Of a stretch of DNA of 64,000 bases, positions 10,513-19,768 are shown one piece after another (within the stretch, counting starts at the first letter, position 1; every line of letters begins with the position of its first letter). Source of the DNA: Streptococcus sp. (GTDB lineage: Bacteria; Bacillota; Bacilli; Lactobacillales; Streptococcaceae); NCBI RefSeq assembly GCF_041802885.1, contig NZ_JBHCHN010000021.1:1061-65060 (forward strand), in the 5' to 3' direction. Under the pieces are notes generated by a model. It saw only the letters and a list, made by a program, of their open reading frames with translations, was not told where the DNA came from and ran no database searches. A program made the translations under genes and the position numbers.

Positions 10513-12723
10513 ATGATGCCAATCAACTACAAAGAAAAAACACAAGAATTTCACCTTTACAACGAAAGTCTCAGCTATATTTTTCATGTCTTGCCTAATG
10601 GGCATTTGGGCAATCTCTATTATGGAAAACGTTTGAACGAAAAGGTCTCTTATCTTCGTCTAAGAGAATATGGCTATCGGCCGCTGACTTCATTTGTTTA
10701 TGAAGACGAGCCATCCTTTTCTCTCCAACATACGCGGCAGGAATACGCCTGCTATGGAACGACAGATTTTTCCTTGCCAGCTTTTGAAATCGAGCAAGCA
10801 GATGGGAGCTGTCTATCTCACTTTGTTTACCAAAGTCATAGGATTTTGGACGGCAAGCCAAGTATTGAAGGGTTGCCTCAGCTCTATGTCAATGAGGAAG
10901 ATGAGGCTCAAACACTGGAAATCCTATTGGTGGACACCATTTCCCAGACAGAATTGATTCTGTCCTACACGATTTTTCAGAATCATCCAGTAGTCAGTCG
11001 CCATGCTCGTTTTGAGCAGAAAGGAGAGCAGGCCATCAAACTTCAACGGGCTCTTTCCATGACCTTGGATTTACCAGATAAGGATTATGACTGGATGCAC
11101 CTAGATGGGGCTTGGGGAAGGGAGCGGCATCTGCAGGTCAGTCCGCTCCATCAGGGAAGCCAGTCCATTTATAGCCTAAAAGGATCTAGTAGCGCTGAAC
11201 ACAATCCCTTCATGGCCTTGAAACGGCCGACAGCAGATGAACACCAGGGGGAGGTTCTAGGATTTTCCTTGATTTACAGCGGGAATTTTCTGGGACAGGT
11301 CGATGTCAGCTCCTTTGGGCAGACCAGAGTCAGCCTGGGTATTCATCCAGACCGCTTCACTTGGCTCCTGGAAAAAGGGGAATCCTTCCAAACTCCAGAA
11401 GTGGTTCTAGTGTACAGCGATCAGGGCTTGAATGGGATGAGTCAGGCCTTCCATGATGTCTATCGAGAGCATCTGATGCGAGGCTTCTGGGGACAAAGGG
11501 AGCGCCCTGTTTTGCTTAATAACTGGGAGGCCATGTCCTTTGATTTTGATGAAGAGCAGATTTTGACTCTTGCCCGCAAGGCTGCCTCTGTCGGAGTAGA
11601 ACTCTTTGTCATGGATGACGGCTGGTTTGGGGACCGCAACCATGAGCGGGCTGGTTTGGGAGATTGGTCTGTCAATCTGGACAAGCTTCCAAGTGGTCTG
11701 ACAGGCATTATTGACCAGGTGCATGGTCTGGGCATGAAATTTGGTCTTTGGATTGAGCCAGAAATGGTCAATAAGGACAGCCAACTCTACCGAGCCCACC
11801 CTGACTGGATTCTCCATCATCCCAAGCACAGTCAATCCCATGGCCGTTACCAATACACGCTTGATTTTTCAAGAGAAGAAGTCTACCAAAACATTTATGA
11901 CCAACTCTACAAACTCCTGTCCGAGCATGAGATTGACTACATTAAATGGGATATGAACCGCTATATGACTGAGGTTTATAGTCTGGGCCATCCGGTCGAG
12001 CGGCAGGGAGAAATTTTCCACCGTTACATGCTCAACCTCTATCGGCTTTATGAAAATCTGACTAGTAGCTTCCCTCATGTTCTCTTTGAATCCTGTTCAA
12101 GTGGTGGTGGTCGTTTTGACCCAGGTCTGCTCTACTATGCTCCTCAAACCTGGACCAGTGACAATACAGATGCCATCGAGCGCCTGAAAATTCAGTACGG
12201 AACCTCTATGGTTTATCCTTTGGTCAGCATGGGCTGCCATGTGTCAGAAAGTCCCAACCAGCAGGTCGGTCGGCCAACTCCCCTTTCCACCCGTGGCAAT
12301 GTCGCCTTCTTTGGCAGTTTTGGTTATGAGTTGGATTTGTCTGATTGTAATGCAGATGAGCTAGAAGAGATAAAAGAGCAGATTGCCTTTTACAAGCAAC
12401 ACCGCTCAACCTTCCAATTCGGGACCTTTACCCGCCTCCTCAGTCCTTTTGAGGGGGAAGATGTTGCCTGGCAGGTAGCGTCAAAAGATGGCAGTCAGGT
12501 TATCGTCGGTTTTTACCGTCGCCTTGTGACCGCCAATCTTGGTCTAGCTCGCTTGCGCTTAAAAGGACTGGACGAACTGGCCCTTTATGAACTGGATGGA
12601 AAAACCTACTATGGCAGTGACTTGATGTATGCAGGACTTCCGATTCACAACGAGGTTCATGTTCAAAAAGACAAGGACTTTTCATCAAGGCTCTACATTC
12701 TCAAAAGAATTGAGGAGTCATAA
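10513..12723 (+). CDS. aga: Alpha-galactosidase, GH36
   Basis: LFVMDDGWFG, YIKWDMNR and CSSGGGRFD GH36 motifs; 736 aa. Confidence 0.95.
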   Translation: MMPINYKEKTQEFHLYNESLSYIFHVLPNGHLGNLYYGKRLNEKVSYLRLREYGYRPLTSFVYEDEPSFSLQHTRQEYACYGTTDFSLPAFEIEQADGSCLSHFVYQSHRILDGKPSIEGLPQLYVNEEDEAQTLEILLVDTISQTELILSYTIFQNHPVVSRHARFEQKGEQAIKLQRALSMTLDLPDKDYDWMHLDGAWGRERHLQVSPLHQGSQSIYSLKGSSSAEHNPFMALKRPTADEHQGEVLGFSLIYSGNFLGQVDVSSFGQTRVSLGIHPDRFTWLLEKGESFQTPEVVLVYSDQGLNGMSQAFHDVYREHLMRGFWGQRERPVLLNNWEAMSFDFDEEQILTLARKAASVGVELFVMDDGWFGDRNHERAGLGDWSVNLDKLPSGLTGIIDQVHGLGMKFGLWIEPEMVNKDSQLYRAHPDWILHHPKHSQSHGRYQYTLDFSREEVYQNIYDQLYKLLSEHEIDYIKWDMNRYMTEVYSLGHPVERQGEIFHRYMLNLYRLYENLTSSFPHVLFESCSSGGGRFDPGLLYYAPQTWTSDNTDAIERLKIQYGTSMVYPLVSMGCHVSESPNQQVGRPTPLSTRGNVAFFGSFGYELDLSDCNADELEEIKEQIAFYKQHRSTFQFGTFTRLLSPFEGEDVAWQVASKDGSQVIVGFYRRLVTANLGLARLRLKGLDELALYELDGKTYYGSDLMYAGLPIHNEVHVQKDKDFSSRLYILKRIEES

Positions 12724-12774
12724 ACCTATAAAAAAACTTGGTTTCCTTTAAAAACCAAGTTTTTTGAATGTCCT

Positions 12775-13152
12775 TTATCCTTCCTTGCCCCTAAAGAAGA
12801 CATAGCCGATAGTCCAGGCGATGGCACCTGACAGGACGAAGATTCCAGCTGCTAGTGCCAGATTGGCTAGATTAAAAGCGAACCAACCGCTGATAAAGAG
12901 AGTCGGAAAGACGACTAAGGCCATAAAGAAAGTGTGGACCAGGGTCCGTTTTCGTAAGGGCCAAGAGTTGATATCATAGATGTTCCAGGTTCCGGCAATG
13001 CCAGCGGCGATAAAGCCGACACAGAAGGTCTGCCAGGCTTGACTGGGCTGACCATTGAACTTCCAAATCGAGAGAGCACAGAGGCCAAAGGTCAACAAAA
13101 CTCCAAAAACACGAAGCAGGGTCACTTTAATATAGGGTCTAAATTCAGCCAT
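12775..13152 (-). CDS. DUF3021-like small membrane protein (orphan)
   Basis: Four TM helices, IYDINSWPLRKRTLVH and SGWF motifs typical of DUF3021. Confidence 0.7.
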   Translation of the reverse strand: MAEFRPYIKVTLLRVFGVLLTFGLCALSIWKFNGQPSQAWQTFCVGFIAAGIAGTWNIYDINSWPLRKRTLVHTFFMALVVFPTLFISGWFAFNLANLALAAGIFVLSGAIAWTIGYVFFRGKEG

Positions 13153-13187
13153 AGGGATTATCCACCTTCCTTTTTCAGTTATAGGAA

Positions 13188-13293
13188 TATAGTCATTTGA
13201 ATTATCTTTGATACATCGTCACTTTCGACTTGCCGTACTCTAGTACAGCCTGCGCCTCAGTTCCTTGTCTGAAAGCTAATTCATTCGACTATA
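13188..13293. mobile_element. RUP-like MITE (106 bp)
   Basis: Starts TATAGTCATTTGAATTA and ends TAATTCATTCGACTATA (imperfect TIRs, TA ends); size similar to the 107-bp pneumococcal RUP. Confidence 0.75.
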
Positions 13294-13443
13294 GTATAGT
13301 TCTTTTTCTGGAAATAGACAATAGCCATAAAGAAGTGTTTTGGCTCTAAATGGGCCCTTTCAGTGGTCATACTCGCTTTTCTGGCCCGAATATAGTAAAA
13401 TTTAGGGTAATAGAATCAAGAAGTACCAGCGGAGGTTGAACTT

Positions 13444-13992
13444 GTGAATTTTGAAGAAAAAACCATCAAGCGTCAAGAAATTTTTAAGGGTCATATTTTT
13501 ACAGTGGCTGTAGATGATGTAGAATTGCCAAATGGCTTAGGCCAGGCCAAACGTGAGTTGATTTTTCACAAGGGAGCTGTCTGTATCTTGGCTATCACGC
13601 CAGAGGGTAAAATCATCTTGGTCAAGCAATACCGTAAGGCCATTGAGCGTGTCAGCATTGAAATACCAGCTGGCAAGTTGGAAGTGGGAGAGTCAGGGAG
13701 CGAGGAAGAAGCAGCCCTGCGGGAATTGGAAGAGGAGACGGGCTATACCAGCCCCAAACTAACCCTTTTACATGATTTTTACTCTGCCATCGGTTTTTGC
13801 AATGAGCGGCTTCGTCTCTACCTGGCAGACGAGCTGATTAAAGTGGAAAATCCCCGTCCTCAAGATGAGGATGAGGTCATCCAACTCATGGAAGTAACCT
13901 TGGAGGAGGCTATTTCCTTGATTGCCAGTGGGGATATCTGCGATGCCAAAACCATCATGGCCATTCAGCATTTACAGATTATCAGAAAGTAG
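13444..13992 (+). CDS. nudF: ADP-ribose pyrophosphatase (NUDIX)
   Basis: Nudix box AGKLE...AALRELEEETG; synteny with macP-mtnN. Confidence 0.9.
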   Translation: MNFEEKTIKRQEIFKGHIFTVAVDDVELPNGLGQAKRELIFHKGAVCILAITPEGKIILVKQYRKAIERVSIEIPAGKLEVGESGSEEEAALRELEEETGYTSPKLTLLHDFYSAIGFCNERLRLYLADELIKVENPRPQDEDEVIQLMEVTLEEAISLIASGDICDAKTIMAIQHLQIIRK

Positions 13993-14001
13993 GAAAACCA
14001 G

Positions 14002-14340
14002 ATGGGCAAGCCCTTGTTAACAGACGAAGTTCTTGAAAGAGCCCGCCACCGCAAGGATCGGGAAAAAGAATTTGGTTACTATTCGCCAAAATCAGACAAC
14101 TACGAAGAAGAATTCTACGATGACTATGACGAATATGACCAATACGAAGACGACTGGGATGAAGAATATCAAGGCTATCAAGAAGGACAGACTGTTCGGA
14201 TTCCAGTTGAACAGTCCATTATCAAAAGTCGCCGGATTGAGACTGTCAAGCGAGAAAAATTCCGCTCTAAGGTCAATAAAGTCCTCTTTTGGGTGGTTCT
14301 CTTAGTCATCCTCTTTTTGCTAGCAGTCTTTTATTTATAG
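14002..14340 (+). CDS. macP: Cell wall synthase accessory phosphoprotein MacP
   Basis: LLTDEVLERA N-terminus, KSRRIE motif, C-terminal TM; located between nudF and mtnN. Confidence 0.8.
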   Translation: MGKPLLTDEVLERARHRKDREKEFGYYSPKSDNYEEEFYDDYDEYDQYEDDWDEEYQGYQEGQTVRIPVEQSIIKSRRIETVKREKFRSKVNKVLFWVVLLVILFLLAVFYL

Positions 14341-14348
14341 GAGAAATC

Positions 14349-15038
14349 ATGAAGTTTGGAATTATTGCCGCCATGGAAGAAGAACTAAAAACCTTGCTTA
14401 TGGCCTTACAAGATAAAGAAGAAGTGACTGTTTTAGGAAAAACCTACTACGCAGGTCACATCGGGCAACATGAGGTTGTTTTGGTCCAATCGGGGATTGG
14501 CAAGGTCATGTCCGCCATGTCCGTGGCTATTTTAGCAGAGACTTTTACAGTAGATTCTATCATCAACACCGGTTCGGCTGGTGCGGTAGCTCATGGTTTG
14601 GCGATTGGGGATGTGGTGATTGCAGACAGGCTGGTCTACCATGATGTGGATGTGACAGCCTTTGGCTATGCCTATGGACAGATGGCTGGGCAAGAGCTTT
14701 ACTTTTTGGCTGACCCAGACCTGATGGCTAAACTGCAAGCTGTTCTGGCCCAAGAGGGACAGGAAAGCCATCTGGGTCTAATCGCGACAGGGGATAGTTT
14801 TATCGCAGACCCAGACAGGGTAGCGGCCATCAAGCACCATTTTCCAGAGGTCTTGGCGGTTGAGATGGAAGGGGCGGCCATTGCTCAAGCGGCCCAGGCA
14901 GCTGGCAAGCCATTTATGGTCATCCGGGCTATGAGTGATACAGCTCAAGGTGATGCCAACATCACCTTTGATGAATTTATTCTGGAGGCTGGCAAACGTT
15001 CAGCCCAGACCCTCCTTGCTCTTTTAGAAAGCTACTAG
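14349..15038 (+). CDS. mtnN: 5'-methylthioadenosine/SAH nucleosidase
   Basis: MKFGIIAAMEEE, GIGKV, AVEMEGAAIAQ, RAMSD. Confidence 0.96.
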   Translation: MKFGIIAAMEEELKTLLMALQDKEEVTVLGKTYYAGHIGQHEVVLVQSGIGKVMSAMSVAILAETFTVDSIINTGSAGAVAHGLAIGDVVIADRLVYHDVDVTAFGYAYGQMAGQELYFLADPDLMAKLQAVLAQEGQESHLGLIATGDSFIADPDRVAAIKHHFPEVLAVEMEGAAIAQAAQAAGKPFMVIRAMSDTAQGDANITFDEFILEAGKRSAQTLLALLESY

Positions 15039-15043
15039 AAAGA

Positions 15044-15060
15044 TATAGTTTGCTGCTATA
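15044..15060. promoter_or_regulatory. Met-box-like palindrome (MtaR/MetR LysR site); may double as the mtnN terminator
   Basis: TATAG-N7-CTATA (TATAGTTTGCTGCTATA) upstream of a homocysteine synthase gene. Confidence 0.55.
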
Positions 15061-15150
15061 TCTTTTTCTTTTTTATAAGTATTGGTCAAAAAATCCAAAA
15101 AAGAGTAAAATAGATATGTTAGATACAAGTTGAAAGCCAAGGAGGTTCTT

Positions 15151-16431
15151 ATGACACATCAATACAACTTTGAAACCCTGCAATTGCATGCTGGGCAAAC
15201 ACCGGATGCCGAAACCAAATCCCGAGCAGTTCCCATCTACCAAACCACATCCTTCGTTTTTGAGGATGTCCAGGAAGCGGAGGACCTCTTTGCTTTGAGA
15301 AAACCGGGTAATATCTACACCCGAATTGGAAATCCAACTGTTGCCGTCTTTGAGGAGCGTATGGCAGCCCTGGAGAAGGGTGTCGGTGCTTTGGCTACCG
15401 CTTCTGGTATGGCAGCTATTACCTATACCATCCTTGGTTTAGCCCATGCGGGGGATCATGTGGTCGCAGCGACCACCCTCTACGGAGGAACCTTCAATCT
15501 TTTGAAAGAAACCTTGCCTCGCTATGGTGTCACCACAACGTTTGTTGACATCGAAAATTTAGATGAGGTGGAAGCTGCCATTCAGGACAATACCAAGTTA
15601 GTCTTGATTGAAACATTGGGCAATCCCCTCATCAACATTCCTGATATTGAAAAAGTGGCGGAGCTGACCCATGCCCACCAAATCCCTCTGGTGGCGGACA
15701 ATACCTTTGGTACCCCATATCTGATCAATGTCTTCGAACATGGGGTGGATATCTCTGTTCATTCTGCCACCAAGTTTATCGGCGGACATGGCACCACCAT
15801 CGGTGGAGTAATCGTGGATAGTGGGAAATTTGACTGGGCTGCCTCTGGTAAATTTCCGCAATTTGTAGAAGAAGACCCTTCCTATCACAATATTTCCTAT
15901 ACCAGAGATATTGGAGCTGCAGCCTTTATCGTAGCCCTGCGTGTCCAACTCTTGCGGGATACCGGTGCAGCCATCTCACCTTTCAATGCCTTCTTGCTGC
16001 TGCAAGGTCTAGAGACCCTGTCACTGCGAGTAGATCGTCACATTGAGAACACCAAGAAAATTGTCGACTTCCTCGAAAGTCATCCTAAGGTGGAAAAGGT
16101 CAACTATCCTAGTTTGCCATCTAGCCCTTACTATGATTTGGCTCAGAAATATTTCCCTAAGGGGGCAGGTTCCATCTTTACCTTCCATGTCAAAGGAGAT
16201 GCCTCGGATGCAGGTAAGTTTATCGACCAGCTGGAAATTTTCTCCAATCTGGCAAATGTAGCAGATGCAAAATCTCTGGTAGTTCATCCTTACACCACCA
16301 CTCACTCCCAGCTATCAGATGTAGATTTGGCAGCTTGTGGCGTGACCCCTAACCAGGTTCGACTCTCTATCGGTCTGGAAAATGCAGATGATCTGATAGA
16401 GGACTTGCGTTTGGCTCTGGAAACTATTTAA
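15151..16431 (+). CDS. O-acetylhomoserine aminocarboxypropyltransferase/sulfhydrylase (MetY/CysD)
   Basis: IYQTTSF, YTRIGNPT and the PLP lysine motif HSATKFIGGHG. Confidence 0.93.
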   Translation: MTHQYNFETLQLHAGQTPDAETKSRAVPIYQTTSFVFEDVQEAEDLFALRKPGNIYTRIGNPTVAVFEERMAALEKGVGALATASGMAAITYTILGLAHAGDHVVAATTLYGGTFNLLKETLPRYGVTTTFVDIENLDEVEAAIQDNTKLVLIETLGNPLINIPDIEKVAELTHAHQIPLVADNTFGTPYLINVFEHGVDISVHSATKFIGGHGTTIGGVIVDSGKFDWAASGKFPQFVEEDPSYHNISYTRDIGAAAFIVALRVQLLRDTGAAISPFNAFLLLQGLETLSLRVDRHIENTKKIVDFLESHPKVEKVNYPSLPSSPYYDLAQKYFPKGAGSIFTFHVKGDASDAGKFIDQLEIFSNLANVADAKSLVVHPYTTTHSQLSDVDLAACGVTPNQVRLSIGLENADDLIEDLRLALETI

Positions 16432-16510
16432 TGATATGTCAGCTCCATAGGGCTGACTTTTTGTCTGGACAAGTCTTGAAAAAACACGAAAATTCTGCTA
16501 AACTCTTTCT

Positions 16511-16732
16511 ATGAAGACGCTCTATGATGTACAGCAACTGCTCAAACAGTATGGGATTTTTGTCTATATGGGCAATCGACTTTATGAAATCGAGGTTATG
16601 AAGCTAGAGTTGAGCCAGTTACATCAGATGGGTCTCATAGACCAGGAAGCCTTTATTGAAGCAGCTATGGTCTTGAGACGAGAGCATCGCTTAGAGTCAG
16701 ATTATCAGAAGAAAATAGGAGATGAGAAATGA
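16511..16732 (+). CDS. YqgQ/DUF910 family protein
   Basis: MKTLYDVQQLLKQYGI N-terminus. Confidence 0.85.
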   Translation: MKTLYDVQQLLKQYGIFVYMGNRLYEIEVMKLELSQLHQMGLIDQEAFIEAAMVLRREHRLESDYQKKIGDEK

Positions 16733-17112
16733 ACACTTTATATATCTTGCTAGCAACAGTAGCGGTATTGGCAGCTTGGTTTGGTTTTAATTACTGGCGT
16801 TTGAAGCGGGCAGCGACCATTTTGGACAATGCAGAATTTGCAGAAAAGATTTTCACTGGTCAGTTGATTGACCTGCGCGACCCAAACGAATATCGCAGAA
16901 AGCACATCATGGGAGCACGCAATATTCCCTATGAGCAGTTCAAACAGAGTTTGGGTGCCATTCGCAAGGATAAGGCAGTTCTTCTCTATGAAAATGACCG
17001 TGGCCAGCGCGTGACATCGACAGCCCTTTTTTTGAAAAAACAGGGCTACAATGAAATCTACATCCTCAGCTATGGACTCAATGCCTGGGATGGTAAAGTC
17101 AAAAGCAACTAA
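16729..17112 (+). CDS. Rhodanese-like domain protein with N-terminal TM
   Basis: LIDLRDPNEY..HIMGARNIP motif. Confidence 0.88.
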   Translation: MNTLYILLATVAVLAAWFGFNYWRLKRAATILDNAEFAEKIFTGQLIDLRDPNEYRRKHIMGARNIPYEQFKQSLGAIRKDKAVLLYENDRGQRVTSTALFLKKQGYNEIYILSYGLNAWDGKVKSN

Positions 17113-17209
17113 TGGTTTGGGGTAGAACCCCAACCTTTTTCATTAAGACTGGTCTTCTCTTTGTAAACTGTGATAGTCCAGGACATAGAAAACATCAAGG
17201 TGGAATAAA

Positions 17210-18448
17210 ATGAATAAACGCTTGTATCTCTTGGCCGGATCGGTCTTGCTATTAACAACCCTTTCGGTAGGAACCGTAGCCTACTTACAAGGTGATTTTA
17301 AGGCCCTGACAGGACAGACCAGTACTCCAACTACCGAAACAGTTCGTATTGAACTCTCGGAAAATGGGGCCAAAGTTTCTTCTGATGCGGTCAACGTTTC
17401 AGAAGGTACTGTCACTATCACAAAAGCTGGCCAATATGAAATCACTGGTCAAGCTCCAACTGTAACTGTTCAAGTAGCAGATTCGGTATCAAACGATGTG
17501 ACCTTGCGCCTCAATAATGCTAGCCTTGCTTCCTTGGACCTCCAATCAAGTGGCGCCAATATTGTGGAACTGGCGAAGGAATCAACCAATAGTCTGACAG
17601 GGGGAGAAGTCGGCATATCAGCGACCAATATCACTCTCACAGGTGAGGGAAGTTTGGCTATTTCGGAAGTAAACAGTTATGGGATTTTAGCGACAGATGA
17701 TCTGGTCATCGACTCTGGCAATCTCAGCATTGATTCAGCTGGTTCGGGTCTTTATGCCTTTCATGAGACGAAGGCTAGTCAAGGCAATCTGACCATCAAC
17801 GGAGGGAACCTGACTATCACGTCATCACAGCAGGAAGGGGCGGCGCTTTTTGCCGGAAACGAACTGACAATCAACAATGGAACAGTGACTGTTGACACAG
17901 CTTATGAAGCCTACGTTGGTAAAAAAATAGCTATTAATGGTGGTACAGCCAATCTTGCGACAGTAGCCAATGGTTTAGCTGCCAGAGATTCTTTTGCCCA
18001 AGAGGGTCAAAATTCAGAAGCTAGTATTGAAATCAAGGGTGGTACCAATACCATCACTGCTGGGACGAGTCCACTTTTGGCTAACGGCAATATCAATCTT
18101 GCTGGTGGTGTCAATACTTTCATGACTAGTATTCCTGAACAGCCTATCCTCAATTATACAGACACTGCAGAAATCTCTGGCGGAACCCTGATTGCGCTGG
18201 GGAGCGCTGAATTGACCAGTTCAAACCAAAATTTCCTTCTGGCTAACTTGATTGGGAATGCTGGTGATACGGTCACGATTACTGATGCAGCCGGTAATGA
18301 AGTAGCCAGCTATGTGTCTCCTGTATCCTTTACCAATGTGACCTATTCATCAGAAAATCTGACAGAAAATGATGTCTATTATCTGTCGACCACCAGTGGC
18401 AATTATGGACAAGCAACCGCAACCAAGGGAAGCCCAACAGCGCCCTAA
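17210..18448 (+). CDS. Carbohydrate-binding domain protein (Cthe_2159/DUF4353-like beta-helix), N-terminally anchored
   Basis: Signal/anchor, VTITKAGQYEITG, repeated L-x-I-N-G-G-x-x-T-I strands, ISGGTLIALG. Confidence 0.75.
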   Translation: MNKRLYLLAGSVLLLTTLSVGTVAYLQGDFKALTGQTSTPTTETVRIELSENGAKVSSDAVNVSEGTVTITKAGQYEITGQAPTVTVQVADSVSNDVTLRLNNASLASLDLQSSGANIVELAKESTNSLTGGEVGISATNITLTGEGSLAISEVNSYGILATDDLVIDSGNLSIDSAGSGLYAFHETKASQGNLTINGGNLTITSSQQEGAALFAGNELTINNGTVTVDTAYEAYVGKKIAINGGTANLATVANGLAARDSFAQEGQNSEASIEIKGGTNTITAGTSPLLANGNINLAGGVNTFMTSIPEQPILNYTDTAEISGGTLIALGSAELTSSNQNFLLANLIGNAGDTVTITDAAGNEVASYVSPVSFTNVTYSSENLTENDVYYLSTTSGNYGQATATKGSPTAP

Positions 18449-18498
18449 TAAATTGAGCAGGAATTTCCTGCTTTTCTTTTTATCGAAACCAAATATTA

Positions 18499-18513
18499 AA
18501 ATATCAGAAAATT
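18499..18513. promoter_or_regulatory. CodY box
   Basis: AAATATCAGAAAATT, 13/15 match to AATTTTCWGAAAATT, upstream of asnA. Confidence 0.6.
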
Positions 18514-18592
18514 TAATTTTTTGCCCATTTTAGCTTTACATCTCCTAGAAAAAGCGTATAATGGTACTATCATTGTTTGAAGGGGGAGTATT

Positions 18593-19585
18593 ATGAAAAA
18601 AAGTTTTATTCATCAACAAGAAGAAATTTCCTTTGTCAAAAACACCTTTACCCAGTATTTAAAAGACAAGTTGGAAGTGGTAGAAGTTCAAGGTCCCATT
18701 TTGAGCCGGGTCGGAGATGGGATGCAGGACAACCTATCAGGGATTGAACATCCGGTTTCTGTCAAGGTCAAGTTGATTCCTGAGCACACCTATGAGGTGG
18801 TTCATTCTTTGGCCAAATGGAAACGACACACCCTGGCTCGTTTTGGTTTCAATGAGGGTGAAGGACTCTTTGTCCATATGAAGGCCCTGCGCCCAGATGA
18901 AGACTCGCTTGATCCCATCCATTCTGTCTATGTGGACCAATGGGACTGGGAAAAGGTCATTCCAAATGGCCGCCGGGACTTAGGTTATTTGAAAGAAACA
19001 GTCGAGCAAATCTACAAGGCTATCCGCTTGACCGAATTGGCTGTCGAAGCCCGCTATGATATTGACTCTGTCCTGCCAAAACAGATTACCTTCATCCATA
19101 CAGAGGAACTCGTCGAGCGCTATCCCGACCTGACTCCGAAAGAACGTGAAAATGCCATTGCCAAAGAATATGGAGCAGTCTTTCTGATTGGTATCGGTGG
19201 TGAGCTGGCGGATGGCAAGCCCCATGACGGACGAGCACCGGACTACGATGACTGGACCAGCCCATCTGAAAATGGCTACAAGGGTCTCAACGGCGATATC
19301 CTGGTTTGGAATGAGCAATTGGGTGAAGCCTTTGAACTCTCCTCCATGGGAATTCGTGTAGATGAGGATGCCCTTAAGCGCCAGTGTGCCATCACAGGGG
19401 ATTTGGATCGTCTGGAGTACGAATGGCATAAGGCCTTGCTACATGGTCTATTCCCTCTCTCAATTGGGGGCGGCATCGGACAATCCCGTTTAGCCATGTT
19501 CTTGCTCCGCAAGAAACACATTGGCGAAGTACATTCCAGTGTTTGGCCAGCAGATGTCCTCGAAAGCTTTGATAATATCCTGTAA
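18593..19585 (+). CDS. asnA: Aspartate-ammonia ligase
   Basis: [31 protein letters not shown]. Confidence 0.97.
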   Translation: MKKSFIHQQEEISFVKNTFTQYLKDKLEVVEVQGPILSRVGDGMQDNLSGIEHPVSVKVKLIPEHTYEVVHSLAKWKRHTLARFGFNEGEGLFVHMKALRPDEDSLDPIHSVYVDQWDWEKVIPNGRRDLGYLKETVEQIYKAIRLTELAVEARYDIDSVLPKQITFIHTEELVERYPDLTPKERENAIAKEYGAVFLIGIGGELADGKPHDGRAPDYDDWTSPSENGYKGLNGDILVWNEQLGEAFELSSMGIRVDEDALKRQCAITGDLDRLEYEWHKALLHGLFPLSIGGGIGQSRLAMFLLRKKHIGEVHSSVWPADVLESFDNIL

Positions 19586-19768
19586 AAGACAGCTTCGGCT
19601 GTTTTTTGTTGGGAAAAAAGAAAAAAATTCTAAAATCAATCTAAGTTCACCACTTAATTTGTAACTTTCTGCCAATCCTCTGAAAACATTTACATTGTCT
19701 AAATTCTGCTCTTTTACCCCAAACTGTGTTATAATTCTTTAGTTAAACTAATTATTAAAGAGGAAAAA

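Noticed and set aside
13331-13370. Possible LytTR direct repeat upstream of the orphan DUF3021 gene
   Set aside because: The candidate half-sites are 28 bp apart, not the 20-21-bp period expected.
16511-17112. No glucokinase gene between yqgQ and the rhodanese gene
   Set aside because: Gene order here varies among streptococci, and no remnant is visible.
19681-19694. cre-like TGAAAACATTTACA upstream of typA
   Set aside because: It lacks the central CG and lies in AT-rich DNA, so it cannot be distinguished from chance.
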